Below, in pieces: positions 30,036-41,128 of a stretch of DNA of 64,000 nucleotides (position 1 is its first letter; every line of letters starts with the position of its first letter). The stretch covers positions 6,623 through 70,622 of the forward strand of contig JAFLTG010000002.1 of NCBI GenBank assembly GCA_022510545.1, read 5' to 3'. Origin of the DNA: Lachnospiraceae bacterium (GTDB lineage: Bacteria > Bacillota > Clostridia > Lachnospirales > Lachnospiraceae). The translations under genes were made by a program, and so were the position numbers. The notes below the pieces were generated by a model. The model worked only from the letters and a program-made list of their open reading frames with translations, had not been told where the DNA came from and did not search any database.

Positions 30036-31427
30036 TTACGCTTTTACAGTAAGCTCCGGATTCCATACAACCAGATATCCCCGCTCCGTTGCTGCATCTC
30101 CAAGTTTCATACTAAGTTTCTTATATCCCTCTTCATCACAGGAAAGGGACGATACATCTGCAAGCATCTGCTTTCCGCTTTCTTTATACATAACACCTGT
30201 TATTTCAGTAAATAAAGGCTGAAGTTCTCTGCAAAGTCTCATACACCGTATATCCACCGCACTGCATTCCTGCATAAGTGAAGCCCTGTGCGTACTTCCA
30301 CCGCTGTATTCCTTATGAAGGCCTTTATACATCCTTTCACCCTTTTCAGTATAAATACCAGATGTTATTTTATTGTGTCTGTCTAAGACCCTTCCACCTA
30401 TTATTCCCACTTCCGGACGTACGCTAAACATATCCGGCAGATATTCTATCTTGTAAAACCCAAGATGCAGGGCATGGCTGATATTTGTATTCCAGCCGCG
30501 CCTTTTACAGAAATCCTCCAGTGCAGACTTACCCGCCTCGTAAGCATAGGACTTGCTCGCCGTATTTTCCGCTGTGGAATCTCTATGACACCGCCAATGA
30601 TATAATACTCTGGGAATGTGAACAATCTTCTTCCCCACATCATTTACGGACATCTCATCCAACAGTCCCGAAACAGCCCTTAAAACAAGGTCATAATCCT
30701 GAGCACCGTCATATTTCTTCCGAAGTTTCAGGCTCTTTATCAGTTTTGTCTCCACCATCATCAAGTGACATATATAATTATTGGACAATATTAAATCCAG
30801 ATTAAAATCGCTTTTAAAATGAGGTTCTTTAAAATAACTACTGTTATCATCAAATTTATCCTCATCCGAATAAATCAAAACGGGTCTTTCGCCGTTCGTG
30901 CTATTACGCTGAATTGCTGCTGCCATCTCGTACAAAGCATCCTCTGTCAGAATATCATCATGATCGAGCAATGCAACATAATCTCCTTCGGCTGCCGCTA
31001 TACCCGCATTACTGTTTTCCGAAATTCCCCTGTTATCTATAAGCTTAATGTACCTAATCCTTCTTTCGTTCTCCTCATCCTGATACTGTGCCACAATATC
31101 TTCCACTCTGCTGCCGTCGCCGGCATCCGCTATAATAAGCTCCCATCTCTCATAACTCTGCCTTCTGACCGAATCTATCATTTCTCTAAGATGCTCTTCC
31201 TTAGTCTCATAAGCCGGTACTATTATACTGAAGCGGTAAGGAATGTGTTTCCAGTCTTCTCTCTGCTTTGCAAGAGTATTCTCATCCGGTTTATCATAGA
31301 CATAATCGGACTTTCTCTCCTGCTCTATACGCTCCATAGCAGCATAACATGCATGCTTTATGCCGTTTTTGCGTATATAATTTATCGTTTTATTGATATT
31401 ACTTCTGTTTAATATATGTTTACCCAT
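30036..31427 (-). CDS. GT2 glycosyltransferase with degenerate second domain
   Basis: LDHDD, YSDED, GAQDYD and LYHWR motifs; shortened C-terminal GT remnant. Confidence 0.85.
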   Translation of the reverse strand: MGKHILNRSNINKTINYIRKNGIKHACYAAMERIEQERKSDYVYDKPDENTLAKQREDWKHIPYRFSIIVPAYETKEEHLREMIDSVRRQSYERWELIIADAGDGSRVEDIVAQYQDEENERRIRYIKLIDNRGISENSNAGIAAAEGDYVALLDHDDILTEDALYEMAAAIQRNSTNGERPVLIYSDEDKFDDNSSYFKEPHFKSDFNLDLILSNNYICHLMMVETKLIKSLKLRKKYDGAQDYDLVLRAVSGLLDEMSVNDVGKKIVHIPRVLYHWRCHRDSTAENTASKSYAYEAGKSALEDFCKRRGWNTNISHALHLGFYKIEYLPDMFSVRPEVGIIGGRVLDRHNKITSGIYTEKGERMYKGLHKEYSGGSTHRASLMQECSAVDIRCMRLCRELQPLFTEITGVMYKESGKQMLADVSSLSCDEEGYKKLSMKLGDAATERGYLVVWNPELTVKA

Positions 31428-31476
31428 TTAATATATATTTCCTGCTTAAATACATTTCTCAAATATCCATGATATT

Positions 31477-31510
31477 ATAGAATCGCCCTGAATAAACAGG
31501 ACGATTCTAT
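31477..31510. terminator. Hairpin/terminator after pgm
   Basis: ATAGAATCG..CCTG-loop-CAGG..CGATTCTAT. Confidence 0.6.
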
Positions 31511-31519
31511 TTTCCCATA

Positions 31520-33241
31520 TTATAAATATGCTTTCAAATCCTCGGTAAGCTTCTGCAGCTTCGCATCCGCATCCTCAAGACTGGTTCCTTTAACTCCCAT
31601 ATAAAACTTAATCTTAGGCTCGGTTCCTGATGGACGTGCACAACACCATGAATCATTGGTAAGGTCGAAATAGAGCACATTAGACTTAGGCAGCCCTGTC
31701 TCTCCCTCCGCACCTGTCTCCAGATTTAAGGTCTTGCCCGTATCATAATCTCTGAACTCTTTTACTTTGAGATCTCCGAAGTTCTTAGGCGGATTGCTTC
31801 TTAATTTATTCATCAGATCGGCAATCTCCTTAGCTCCGTCGATTCCCTTCATAGTGATTGAATACTGGCTTTCTTTGAAATATCCGTATTTTTCATAGAG
31901 CTCAATCATCTGGTCCCATACGGTTTTGCCGTTTTTCTTACACCATGCAGCCATTTCGCACAGACACATAACAGCCACAATAGCATCTTTATCCCTTGCA
32001 TGGGTTCCCGCAAGACAGCCGTAACTTTCTTCCAGACCAAATACATAATTGTTGGAACCTGACTGCTCAAAGAGTTTAATCTGTTCGCCTATGTACTTAA
32101 AGCCGGTCAATACTTCAATACATTTAACCTTATAGTCGGCAGATATAGCCATAGCCATATTGGTAGTAACTATAGTCGTAACAAGCGCCGGATTTTCAGG
32201 CATTCTGCCTGTTGCGGTTCTTTCCCTGAGAATATATTCGGCAATCAGCATTCCGGACATATTTCCGGTAAAAGGAATATACTCTCCGCTCTTGGTATCA
32301 AGTGCATAAATTCCGAGTCTGTCTGCATCAGGGTCGGTTGCCAGCACTATATCTGCATTTTTTTCTTTTGCAAGCTTAAGTGCAAGCGTGAATGCCTTGG
32401 GATCCTCAGGATTAGGATAAGCCAGGGTAGTAAAGTCAGGATCCGGCATTTCCTGCTCAGGCACAACATATACATTTTTGAAGCCTATCTCGTCAAGTAT
32501 TCTTCTGACAGGAAGATTTCCCGTACCGTTGAAAGGAGAATATACAATCTTCATATCTCCCGCAACTTCGGATATGATTTCAGGATGGATGATCTGTTTC
32601 TTGAGTTCCACCATGTATTTATCGTCAATTTCCTTACCTATAACCTGATAAAGACCTGCCTTAACAGCCTCATTCTTGTCCATAGTCTTAACATCATGGT
32701 AATTGGTAACGTTGTTTACTTCGGTAATGATTTCTTTATCTCTCGGAGCCGCTACCTGAGCACCGTCTTCCCAGTAACACTTGTATCCGTTGTACTCCGG
32801 AGGATTGTGGCTTGCCGTAATAACGATACCGGATATACAGCCTAACGTACGCAGTGCAAAAGATAGTTCCGGTGTGGGTCTGAGCGAATCAAACACATAA
32901 GCCTTAATTCCGTTAGCTGCCAGACACAGCGCTGCCTCATCCGCAAATTCGGGAGATTTTCTTCTTGAATCGTAAGCTATTGCAACACCCTTGGACTCCC
33001 CGCCCTGTTTCTTGATATAGTTGGCAAGTCCCTGTGTAGCCTTACGTACTGTATAGATGTTCATACGGTTGGTACCTGCGCCTATAATACCCCTGAGACC
33101 GCCTGTACCAAATTCCAGATCCTTGTAGAATCTCTCTTCAATTTCCTTCTCGTCGTCTTTGATTGCCTGAAGTTCTTTTTTGGTATTGTCATCAAAATAA
33201 GAATCTTCCAGCCAGAATTCATACTGATCTTTGTAACCCAT
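31520..33241 (-). CDS. pgm: Phosphoglucomutase/phosphomannomutase
   Basis: FGTGGLRG, TASHNP, DPDADR, EESYG and RPSGTEPK motifs. Confidence 0.93.
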   Translation of the reverse strand: MGYKDQYEFWLEDSYFDDNTKKELQAIKDDEKEIEERFYKDLEFGTGGLRGIIGAGTNRMNIYTVRKATQGLANYIKKQGGESKGVAIAYDSRRKSPEFADEAALCLAANGIKAYVFDSLRPTPELSFALRTLGCISGIVITASHNPPEYNGYKCYWEDGAQVAAPRDKEIITEVNNVTNYHDVKTMDKNEAVKAGLYQVIGKEIDDKYMVELKKQIIHPEIISEVAGDMKIVYSPFNGTGNLPVRRILDEIGFKNVYVVPEQEMPDPDFTTLAYPNPEDPKAFTLALKLAKEKNADIVLATDPDADRLGIYALDTKSGEYIPFTGNMSGMLIAEYILRERTATGRMPENPALVTTIVTTNMAMAISADYKVKCIEVLTGFKYIGEQIKLFEQSGSNNYVFGLEESYGCLAGTHARDKDAIVAVMCLCEMAAWCKKNGKTVWDQMIELYEKYGYFKESQYSITMKGIDGAKEIADLMNKLRSNPPKNFGDLKVKEFRDYDTGKTLNLETGAEGETGLPKSNVLYFDLTNDSWCCARPSGTEPKIKFYMGVKGTSLEDADAKLQKLTEDLKAYL

Positions 33242-33298
33242 GCTTCTTCCCTCCATTATAAAAGTTTAAAAAATTATAGATAATACTATTCTACCATA

Positions 33299-35350
33299 CT
33301 ACCCGTTAATTTTCAAAGCAAAGTCGCTTCTATCCAAAGAAAAATTAATATTATAGTAAGGATCGCCTTTTTCAAGCACTTTCCGCCATTTTTTGCGGAA
33401 CCGCTCAGACTCTTCATCATATCTTTCCGCGTTTTTTCCTTCGCTGTCCGATCCTCTGGATATCGATTCATAGTGATAAAGCTGTGCAAAGGGTGTAAAT
33501 ACGTTAAGATATCCGGCTTCCCTTAATCGCAGGCAGAAGTCCACATCATTCAATGAAACTTCAAAAGACTCATCCAGCCCGCCGACTTTTTCATAAAGCT
33601 CCTTCTTAACCATAAGACAGGCACCTGTCACCGCGCTCACATTCTGAGCATAACACAGCCTTCCCATATATCCCAGGTTATTTCTGCTTACCCGATAATG
33701 GGTATGACCTGCCGTCCTATGTGCTCCAAGCCCTATCACAACTCCTGCATGCTGTATCGTTTTATCCTCATAATAAAGTTTGCATCCGACCGCACCTACG
33801 TCTTCACGCTGTGCATACATAAGAAGCTCTTCCATCCAGTTTAGTGTAATGACCTCGGTATCATTGTTTAAAAGAATAATATACTCGCCATCCGCTTTGG
33901 AAACTCCCAGATTATTAATACGTGAATAGTTAAATTCACCATCATAGTCTATTATTCTTATTCTTGGATTTTTGGACAATTCTTCGTAATATTCAAAAAT
34001 TTCCCCGGTCTTTGAGTTATTTTCCACAATAACTATATCATAGTTATCATAGCTGCTCATTTCCAGGATGGAAGTAATACAACGCTTCAAATCTTCATAA
34101 TGGTCTTTATTCGGAATAACAATTGTTATTTTGGGTTCTCCGATTACTTCATAGCGTATTCTGAATATAGTTTCAAAAGCCCTGGTAGATGTAATTTCAA
34201 AATTTTCAAAACCTTTGCTCTCTAAGTGCTGTGCAACAGCTCCCTTAGCGGCATTAATGGCATAGCTCTTGGCATTGATGTCCGAAGCAACGCTTCCTTT
34301 GTGGGAACGCCAGTAATACATAAGCTTCGGGATATGCACTACATTTCTTGCCCTGTCGGTCAGGCGCAATATCATATCATGGTCCTGGCTGCCGTCAAAG
34401 CGTGAACGAAACAGCTCCGTGCCTTCTAACAGCTTCCTGTCAAATACGCTGAAATGGCAGATATAATTATTGGCTCTCAGGTTATCAATCGCAAAATCCG
34501 GCTTGAAATGAAGAGTTATCATATTGTCAATGCTGTCACCATGAAAGGTGGCTTCATCACAGTATATATAATCCGCTCCCTGCTCGCAGATTACCTTCAT
34601 ATATTCAAATAGAATCGAAGGATGAAGGATATCGTCATGGTCAAAAAGCCCTATATAGTCTCCGCTCGCCATTGCAAGTGCCCGATTGGTATTTCCCGAT
34701 ATTCCCTCATTTTTCTCAAGACGCTCATATAGAATACGCCCTTTAGTTCCCACACGCTCCGCCAGTTTGGGATGTGCATTAAGATACAGACCGTCATCTT
34801 CCATATACTCCCTGCATATCGACTCCACATACCCATGCAGATTATCGGACCCGTCAGCCAGACAAAGTTCCCAGTTTTCATAAGTCTGTGCAAGTACGGA
34901 TTCTATAGCCTGGGTCAAGAAGTTCTCAGGTGTATTATAAAGGGGTATAAGAATGCTGATTTTAATATTCTTTGGAAAAACTGTCGCCCGCTGTCTTTCC
35001 GCCTCCTCCTGAGTAGGAAAGCCTGCACTTCCATGCTGTGTCTTAGCCTTTTTTTCTATGAGCTTTGAATCAACCTTACGTGCAAAACCCCTGATACTTC
35101 CGTAATTACCAATCCGCTCCTTCGTTCTGTGCGCCCAATGTACAAAAGAGCGCAGCGGTTTGGAATATTTCCAGAAAACGCTGCCCTTGATTCTTGCAAG
35201 CTTATGTTCCGTATTCGCCACAAGCTCCTGCTCTTTGCCGAGTTTTTCCTCAAGAGTCTTACCTTTTAGCCGCTCGGTTTCATACATATCCTTATAATAA
35301 CGCAGACGGTCATCCTTATCTGTATTTTCCTGATTTTCTTCATTAATCAT
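33299..35350 (-). CDS. Double-GT2 glycosyltransferase (polymerase-like) with N-terminal coiled coil
   Basis: Two GT2 domains (FDHDD/GSQDHD and LLNNDT/NDVDFC/HYESISRG). Confidence 0.88.
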   Translation of the reverse strand: MINEENQENTDKDDRLRYYKDMYETERLKGKTLEEKLGKEQELVANTEHKLARIKGSVFWKYSKPLRSFVHWAHRTKERIGNYGSIRGFARKVDSKLIEKKAKTQHGSAGFPTQEEAERQRATVFPKNIKISILIPLYNTPENFLTQAIESVLAQTYENWELCLADGSDNLHGYVESICREYMEDDGLYLNAHPKLAERVGTKGRILYERLEKNEGISGNTNRALAMASGDYIGLFDHDDILHPSILFEYMKVICEQGADYIYCDEATFHGDSIDNMITLHFKPDFAIDNLRANNYICHFSVFDRKLLEGTELFRSRFDGSQDHDMILRLTDRARNVVHIPKLMYYWRSHKGSVASDINAKSYAINAAKGAVAQHLESKGFENFEITSTRAFETIFRIRYEVIGEPKITIVIPNKDHYEDLKRCITSILEMSSYDNYDIVIVENNSKTGEIFEYYEELSKNPRIRIIDYDGEFNYSRINNLGVSKADGEYIILLNNDTEVITLNWMEELLMYAQREDVGAVGCKLYYEDKTIQHAGVVIGLGAHRTAGHTHYRVSRNNLGYMGRLCYAQNVSAVTGACLMVKKELYEKVGGLDESFEVSLNDVDFCLRLREAGYLNVFTPFAQLYHYESISRGSDSEGKNAERYDEESERFRKKWRKVLEKGDPYYNINFSLDRSDFALKING

Positions 35351-35381
35351 ACTATTACCTCTGGCCCGTAAATCGGACGTT

Positions 35382-37757
35382 TTATTCTATCAGCAGCCTT
35401 TCATCCACCCAGGCCACGTATTTTCTGTGTCTCTCCACATCCTCCGCTACCATTCCTATCTTCCAGCGCCCGGCTTTCAGCTTGCTTTTTTCAAAACGCG
35501 CCACAAAGCCTGCAAGGGATACATTGACTTCGTTAGTCAATACTTTTTCCACATCACTCCTATACCAGGGAAAAGGCTCTACTTTATATAGGTTTCCGCC
35601 TCTTTTCTGCAGGAGTATGCTTCGGGTATATCTTGCATTGTCCTCGCCCGGAATATAGTTCCAGCCCGAAATGGCAATTACATCCGCATCATTGCGGTTA
35701 TTCTTTTGCTGCTCACCGATACTATCCACTACCAGATGAAGCTGGTCCGGTATGGCCTTGGATAGAGTCTCACTATCTGCCTGAGCAAGTTGTGAAAGCA
35801 TATCTTTTTTCATATGATCGCATTTAAAATTACACGTGTAATTTATACTGTCATCAATCAGATTACTATTGTAAAAAGGATCTCTTTTACTCATTGCCGG
35901 ATGCTTTGAATATAAATCTTCTTTTTCCGCAAGCAGCCGCATCCACTTATTATTGTCATTCTGATCCAGCCCTCTGCTCATAGATTCATGATGATAGAGA
36001 ACAGCATCATTACGCAGCACATTATAATAACCGGCTTCAATAAGCCTAAAGCAAAGGTCCACATCATTGTATGCCACCTTCATCGACTCATCCATACCGC
36101 CGGCTTCCAGATACTTTTTCTTATCTATCATCAAGCAGGCCGCCGTAACTCCGGCCATATCATAGGTAAGACAGTTACGGCCATAATAATAACACCTGTC
36201 ATCTATTAATGAGGTGAGTTTATGCGATGGGCCTACACCCATATTGGTGATTCCAACGTGCTGTATCATGTCACTGCCCGCATACCAGAGCTTAGCCCCC
36301 ACCGCACCCGTATGAGGCTGCATGGCCTGTCCCAGCATGATTTCCAGCCAGTCTTTATGGATAATCTCAATATCATCATTTAAAAACAGCAGATAATTTC
36401 CCGAAGCATTTTGGACCCCAAGATTACACATTGCCGAAAAATTAAATTCCATCGGCTCATAAATATAAGCAAATCCGTATTCCTCCTGCAAAGCTTCAAC
36501 CTTGGCCTTATTCTCCGGAGAACTGCCGTTATCTACTACGATCCATTCATAATTTGTATATTCGGTCCTCTCACGGAAGGATGAAAGGCATTGCTCCAGC
36601 AATTCAGGGTGGTCTTTTGATGGTATGATTACCGAAACCATTCCCGTTTTGGCCTTTCCGGAATATTCTTTTCTTATTCTGTCTATATTATAACGCACAT
36701 GATAGATATCCGGGTCTGCACCTGTTTCCAGATACGCCCTAACGCCCCTTCTCTTAAGTGTGGCATCTTTCATATCACAATAGGAAGCTTCACAGCCTGT
36801 CATATAATGCCCCTGCTCCAGTTCCTTAAGCAAAAGCTTCTCTACTATTTCAAGTGCATCCCCGTCTGCTTTCTCAACTTCTTCGACTTCTTTACCTGCG
36901 TCTTCGCCGGGTTCATAACGATTATGAAATAACACCTGTTCTATATTCCCTATTCTGTCATGTATAACTTTATCTTTGTTCTGAAGGCTCCGAACCAGTT
37001 TGTCTCCCTCTTCAAGCGTATATGCCCTCTCTTCCAGAAGCAGACACAGGTCATAGAAGTCTGAATAAGAACCTGTATTATAGCGATCTCCCTCCAAAAG
37101 CCCATGATAGAGTGATTTCTGCACAATTATCATATGTCCTGCATAGCAAAATGAGAGCATTGTATCCGGTGACCAGCAGGGTTTAAACCAGGGATGCATC
37201 CTGTTAGAGAGGTCTTTCCAGTAATAATCCTCATCCGCATAGGCAAATAGGCATCTTCTATTTTTGTTAAACCACGATTTAATTATTTCCGGTGCATTTT
37301 TTGCCAGTACACCATTTCCGCACAATATAATACAAAGCTCAGTACCATCAAGCTCTATCTTCTTCCAGCCGTTTACCACTGCCTCATCAGGTATTTCGCT
37401 TATATCCTGCGAGACTTCATTTTCTGCTATCCATTGCAGATATGGATGTTTCTGCTTAAAGACTTCCTCCTGATACTCTTTAATGCAGTCTTTATTTATC
37501 ATAGCATCTGTTATTTTTTCAACTATGGGGTTTACGCTTTTATTTTTTGAAAAAAATGCATAATAACACTTTCTCACAGGCGCAGACAGCTTCCAGAAAA
37601 TGCTCTTTTCAATACGCTCAAGGTTATCCTTAAGCTCCTCTCTCTTAAGCTGTTCATCTGCTAATTTTGCTGCAAGGATGTTATTTTTCTTTTTTTCTTT
37701 TTCATAAGCAGACTGATAATAGGCCGCCCAGTCATATGAAACTTGCTTCTCTTCCAT
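35382..37757 (-). CDS. GT2 glycosyltransferase with N-terminal coiled coil and C-terminal beta-sandwich-like domain
   Basis: YADED remnant, FLNDD, NDVDLC and HHESMSRG motifs. Confidence 0.85.
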   Translation of the reverse strand: MEEKQVSYDWAAYYQSAYEKEKKKNNILAAKLADEQLKREELKDNLERIEKSIFWKLSAPVRKCYYAFFSKNKSVNPIVEKITDAMINKDCIKEYQEEVFKQKHPYLQWIAENEVSQDISEIPDEAVVNGWKKIELDGTELCIILCGNGVLAKNAPEIIKSWFNKNRRCLFAYADEDYYWKDLSNRMHPWFKPCWSPDTMLSFCYAGHMIIVQKSLYHGLLEGDRYNTGSYSDFYDLCLLLEERAYTLEEGDKLVRSLQNKDKVIHDRIGNIEQVLFHNRYEPGEDAGKEVEEVEKADGDALEIVEKLLLKELEQGHYMTGCEASYCDMKDATLKRRGVRAYLETGADPDIYHVRYNIDRIRKEYSGKAKTGMVSVIIPSKDHPELLEQCLSSFRERTEYTNYEWIVVDNGSSPENKAKVEALQEEYGFAYIYEPMEFNFSAMCNLGVQNASGNYLLFLNDDIEIIHKDWLEIMLGQAMQPHTGAVGAKLWYAGSDMIQHVGITNMGVGPSHKLTSLIDDRCYYYGRNCLTYDMAGVTAACLMIDKKKYLEAGGMDESMKVAYNDVDLCFRLIEAGYYNVLRNDAVLYHHESMSRGLDQNDNNKWMRLLAEKEDLYSKHPAMSKRDPFYNSNLIDDSINYTCNFKCDHMKKDMLSQLAQADSETLSKAIPDQLHLVVDSIGEQQKNNRNDADVIAISGWNYIPGEDNARYTRSILLQKRGGNLYKVEPFPWYRSDVEKVLTNEVNVSLAGFVARFEKSKLKAGRWKIGMVAEDVERHRKYVAWVDERLLIE

Positions 37758-37760
37758 AGC

Positions 37761-39821
37761 TTAAAACAACCCTCTTTTCTGCATATGCTTTACGGTTTCT
37801 TCAGGCATTCTTGTTATCTCCATTGACACCTTGAGAAGGTTTTCCTGTTTTTGCTCAAGCCGGGATAATTGCAAAGTAATATTCGGGTCATCAGTTCCAA
37901 AAGCATATACTCCGTCTCCTATACAAATGCCGTTGGTTGAAATACATTTACTCTTTCCGGAAATAATCGAGTCATTCCACTTTACTTCCTTAAGCAGGAC
38001 AACACAATAATCACTGCAGGGGTCAATACGCAGTGCCTTTCTTCCTTCAGGCACTACTATCTCTAAACCATCTTCAATAACGTAATCATTCTCATCCACA
38101 AAAAATGAATTTTCTTCCGAAAAACCATTTCCCATATCCTCGTAAACCTGTATTCTGCCTTTATGCTTCTCTGAGGGGGTCAGCATAGGCATTTCGGAGA
38201 TACTGTAAACAGGTTGTCCAATCGCATCCCTTATTTCACCCATTGACAACCTCTTGCCGGTAACATATTTCTGGAAGTACATTTCCTGCTGTCTATAAAA
38301 AGCTGCATTTTCTTCGGTTATACCCAGTCTTTGTAATATTAAATCCAGATTTAATTTATCTCTTTTTGTATTTTCAAGCAGATAGCAATAAACTGCACGA
38401 AATGCAATCTCTTTAGTATCCACCTGCTTATCAAACACCCATTCATAATCTATAATATTCCACTCACCGTCCGGAGAAATCAGAATGTTGGAAAAAATCA
38501 AATCATAATCGGTTATCGGAAATTCCTCATTATAGGATATCCTCTCAATATACTCATTAAATAACACATGAAATTTATCCAAGTCATTCTTATCCAGGCA
38601 TTCGTCAAGATATTCTTCCAGAGTTTTTCCTTCTATATACTCAAACTCAGCATATACAGTCTGAGATTGCTCGGCCAGCCTGCATTTATTAATATTTAAC
38701 TTACCGCCCGCAAATCTCTCCGAAAGTTTCTCAAAGCCCCTCTTCATTCCTATTATATGCTCTACAGATTCATTTGATAACGGGTGTTTTTCTATCTTTT
38801 TAACCATCTCGCCCTCAGAATCACAGTGGGTAATCAATGTTTTTATTTTATATTCATTTGCCCTGTCATTGGAATATCTGGCATACTTAATACCGGTTTC
38901 CGGTCCCAATACCAACATATATGAATTGGAAAAAAGTGGAAACTGCCCTTCAGCTATAAGGGTATCAAATACCAGCTTTTCATCAAAAAGCAGCAGTCTC
39001 TCCCTGTCAAAATTACGAAGATTTGAGGACAATTCTCCGGCTCTTGGCAGACGCTCATCCGAATACAGGTTTGTCATAAACTTATAGTCGGGATAGGGGT
39101 AATACATAGACATTTCCACATCCGAAAAACCACAGTTTTTTGCAATTTTAACAAGGGCATCCCTTGTAAATGTTCTGACAACACCACCTTCAGGATATCC
39201 CTCAAGTCCGCTAAACCAAGTCCCCAGATGATCTTCTTTGCAGCCCGCCCAGTATTTAAGCCCCAGCCTGTTCTCAATTGCTATTACAATACGCCCCTCC
39301 GCCTTTTTATGCCTGGCAAGAATACGCAGATAATCTTCAAAGGGATTATCGGAATCAATATATGCCTGTCCATACTCAAAAGCCCCAATCAGGCATATAA
39401 AATCATAATCACAGGGTAAATCCGGCTCTATATCCTGAAAATTACCCACATGAATAGTAACATTCTCACAATCCATATGCCTGTATGCGTTTATTAAAGT
39501 TCTTTTTTTAGAAAGCTCAACACAGGTCACTTCACCGGCCTTTTTAGACAATGCCCCGGTAATCGCACCACAACCTGAGCCAACCTCCAAAACCTTCATA
39601 TCCTTAGTTATCGGCAGCCATTCCACAATATTTTCCCTAAGCTGTGACAAATGATAGAGTATCGGCCAGCTCTTTTTCTCTTCTATAATGCGCGCATACT
39701 CCACCTGCGAGTAATTTCTTGCAATTTCAAGCAGTTCATCCTCTACCTCACCATCGCAATACAAATCCTCACCGGAATAATGTTCAAGATTCAGTTTTAC
39801 TTTTCCGATTTCTTCTATCAT
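37761..39821 (-). CDS. SAM methyltransferase fused to kinase-like domain (WbdD/WsaE-like chain terminator)
   Basis: LEVGSGCG SAM motif; EFEYIEGKTL, DLIFSNILI and IIDYEW kinase-like motifs. Confidence 0.75.
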   Translation of the reverse strand: MIEEIGKVKLNLEHYSGEDLYCDGEVEDELLEIARNYSQVEYARIIEEKKSWPILYHLSQLRENIVEWLPITKDMKVLEVGSGCGAITGALSKKAGEVTCVELSKKRTLINAYRHMDCENVTIHVGNFQDIEPDLPCDYDFICLIGAFEYGQAYIDSDNPFEDYLRILARHKKAEGRIVIAIENRLGLKYWAGCKEDHLGTWFSGLEGYPEGGVVRTFTRDALVKIAKNCGFSDVEMSMYYPYPDYKFMTNLYSDERLPRAGELSSNLRNFDRERLLLFDEKLVFDTLIAEGQFPLFSNSYMLVLGPETGIKYARYSNDRANEYKIKTLITHCDSEGEMVKKIEKHPLSNESVEHIIGMKRGFEKLSERFAGGKLNINKCRLAEQSQTVYAEFEYIEGKTLEEYLDECLDKNDLDKFHVLFNEYIERISYNEEFPITDYDLIFSNILISPDGEWNIIDYEWVFDKQVDTKEIAFRAVYCYLLENTKRDKLNLDLILQRLGITEENAAFYRQQEMYFQKYVTGKRLSMGEIRDAIGQPVYSISEMPMLTPSEKHKGRIQVYEDMGNGFSEENSFFVDENDYVIEDGLEIVVPEGRKALRIDPCSDYCVVLLKEVKWNDSIISGKSKCISTNGICIGDGVYAFGTDDPNITLQLSRLEQKQENLLKVSMEITRMPEETVKHMQKRGLF

Positions 39822-39826
39822 TCCTT

Positions 39827-41116
39827 CTATTTTACCTCTATTTTGGAATTCATATCATAAAATCCAACCGTATCCTTATCCGATATAACGGTCAGGTTCA
39901 GTACATCATAAAGCCTGTGATACACCGTAAAGTTATCTCCCTCATATCCTGTAACGCCAAGGGAAAGCAGATATTCTCCTCCCTGTAGATTCATCTCCTG
40001 TGTAAAGACTATCTCCTTAGTCTCCCCCGACTTAACAGAATCCAGAAAGGCCTTTTCAAACATCGTATTGGTGCCCGTAATTTCGGTACCTTTTATATTT
40101 TTAATTGTAAAAGCAAATACAGGTGACGCTATATCCTGCACAATATCAACCTTCATATGGATGGAAAAGCTGTTTCCCTTTATTATCGCAGAAGTTTTAA
40201 GCCCTTTTCCATCCGTAATATAGTATTCCGAGATTATCGCTTTCTTAGAACCATATTCCAGTAAATCGGGATTTACATTGACTCCTTTAGTCAATTCGCC
40301 GGAGCCTTTTCCGGCTGCCAGCGCCCTTAACTGTTCATCTTCCAAAAGACTGTTATCGTCAGTATCCGCTATAGTATACTGACCGACCAGAACCTGTTTA
40401 TAGGCATCTATCATCTCCTTGGGTTCTCCCTCACCCAGTTTCACCCCCTGATTCAGCAGTACTACCCTGTCACAGTACTTACTTATACTGCTGAGATCAT
40501 GGCTGACAAAAACTATGGTCTTCCCCATCTGCTTAAATTCTTCAAACTTATGATAACATTTAGCCTGAAAAAAGACATCTCCTACCGAAAGTGCCTCATC
40601 TACAATCAATATCTCCGGCTCAATATTTATCGCCACCGCAAAGGCAAGTCTCACAAACATACCGCTGGAATAAGTTTTGACAGGCTGATAGACATATTCT
40701 CCGATATCTGCAAACTCCAGGATGTCATTCATTTTCTCGTCTATTTCCTTTTCAGAAAAGCCTATCATCGTACCGTTTAGATATATATTTTCAATCCCAT
40801 TGTATTCCATATTAAAGCCTGCACCCAGCTCAAGCAGAGCTGAAATACGCCCATTTACCTCCACCTCTCCGGATGTTGGATTGAGAACACCTGTTATTAT
40901 TTTAAGTATGGTAGATTTCCCGGAGCCGTTGGTTCCGATAATACCCACTGTTTCACCACGGTTTATGGTAAGGTTTATGCCGCTCAACGCATGATGGGGC
41001 GTATGCAGCTTACCCTTACCGAAACCAAGCGCCTCCCTGACTCTGTCCGAGGGTTTATTATACAGTTTATACACTTTTTCAAGATTCGTAACCCGAATCG
41101 CGATATTTTCGTCCAT
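39827..41116 (-). CDS. wzt: Polysaccharide ABC transporter ATPase (Wzt) with C-terminal carbohydrate-binding domain
   Basis: GTNGSGKST, YSSGM and VDEALSVGD motifs, plus Wzt_C-like C-terminal domain. Confidence 0.9.
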   Translation of the reverse strand: MDENIAIRVTNLEKVYKLYNKPSDRVREALGFGKGKLHTPHHALSGINLTINRGETVGIIGTNGSGKSTILKIITGVLNPTSGEVEVNGRISALLELGAGFNMEYNGIENIYLNGTMIGFSEKEIDEKMNDILEFADIGEYVYQPVKTYSSGMFVRLAFAVAINIEPEILIVDEALSVGDVFFQAKCYHKFEEFKQMGKTIVFVSHDLSSISKYCDRVVLLNQGVKLGEGEPKEMIDAYKQVLVGQYTIADTDDNSLLEDEQLRALAAGKGSGELTKGVNVNPDLLEYGSKKAIISEYYITDGKGLKTSAIIKGNSFSIHMKVDIVQDIASPVFAFTIKNIKGTEITGTNTMFEKAFLDSVKSGETKEIVFTQEMNLQGGEYLLSLGVTGYEGDNFTVYHRLYDVLNLTVISDKDTVGFYDMNSKIEVK

Positions 41117-41128
41117 ATTAACCTCACT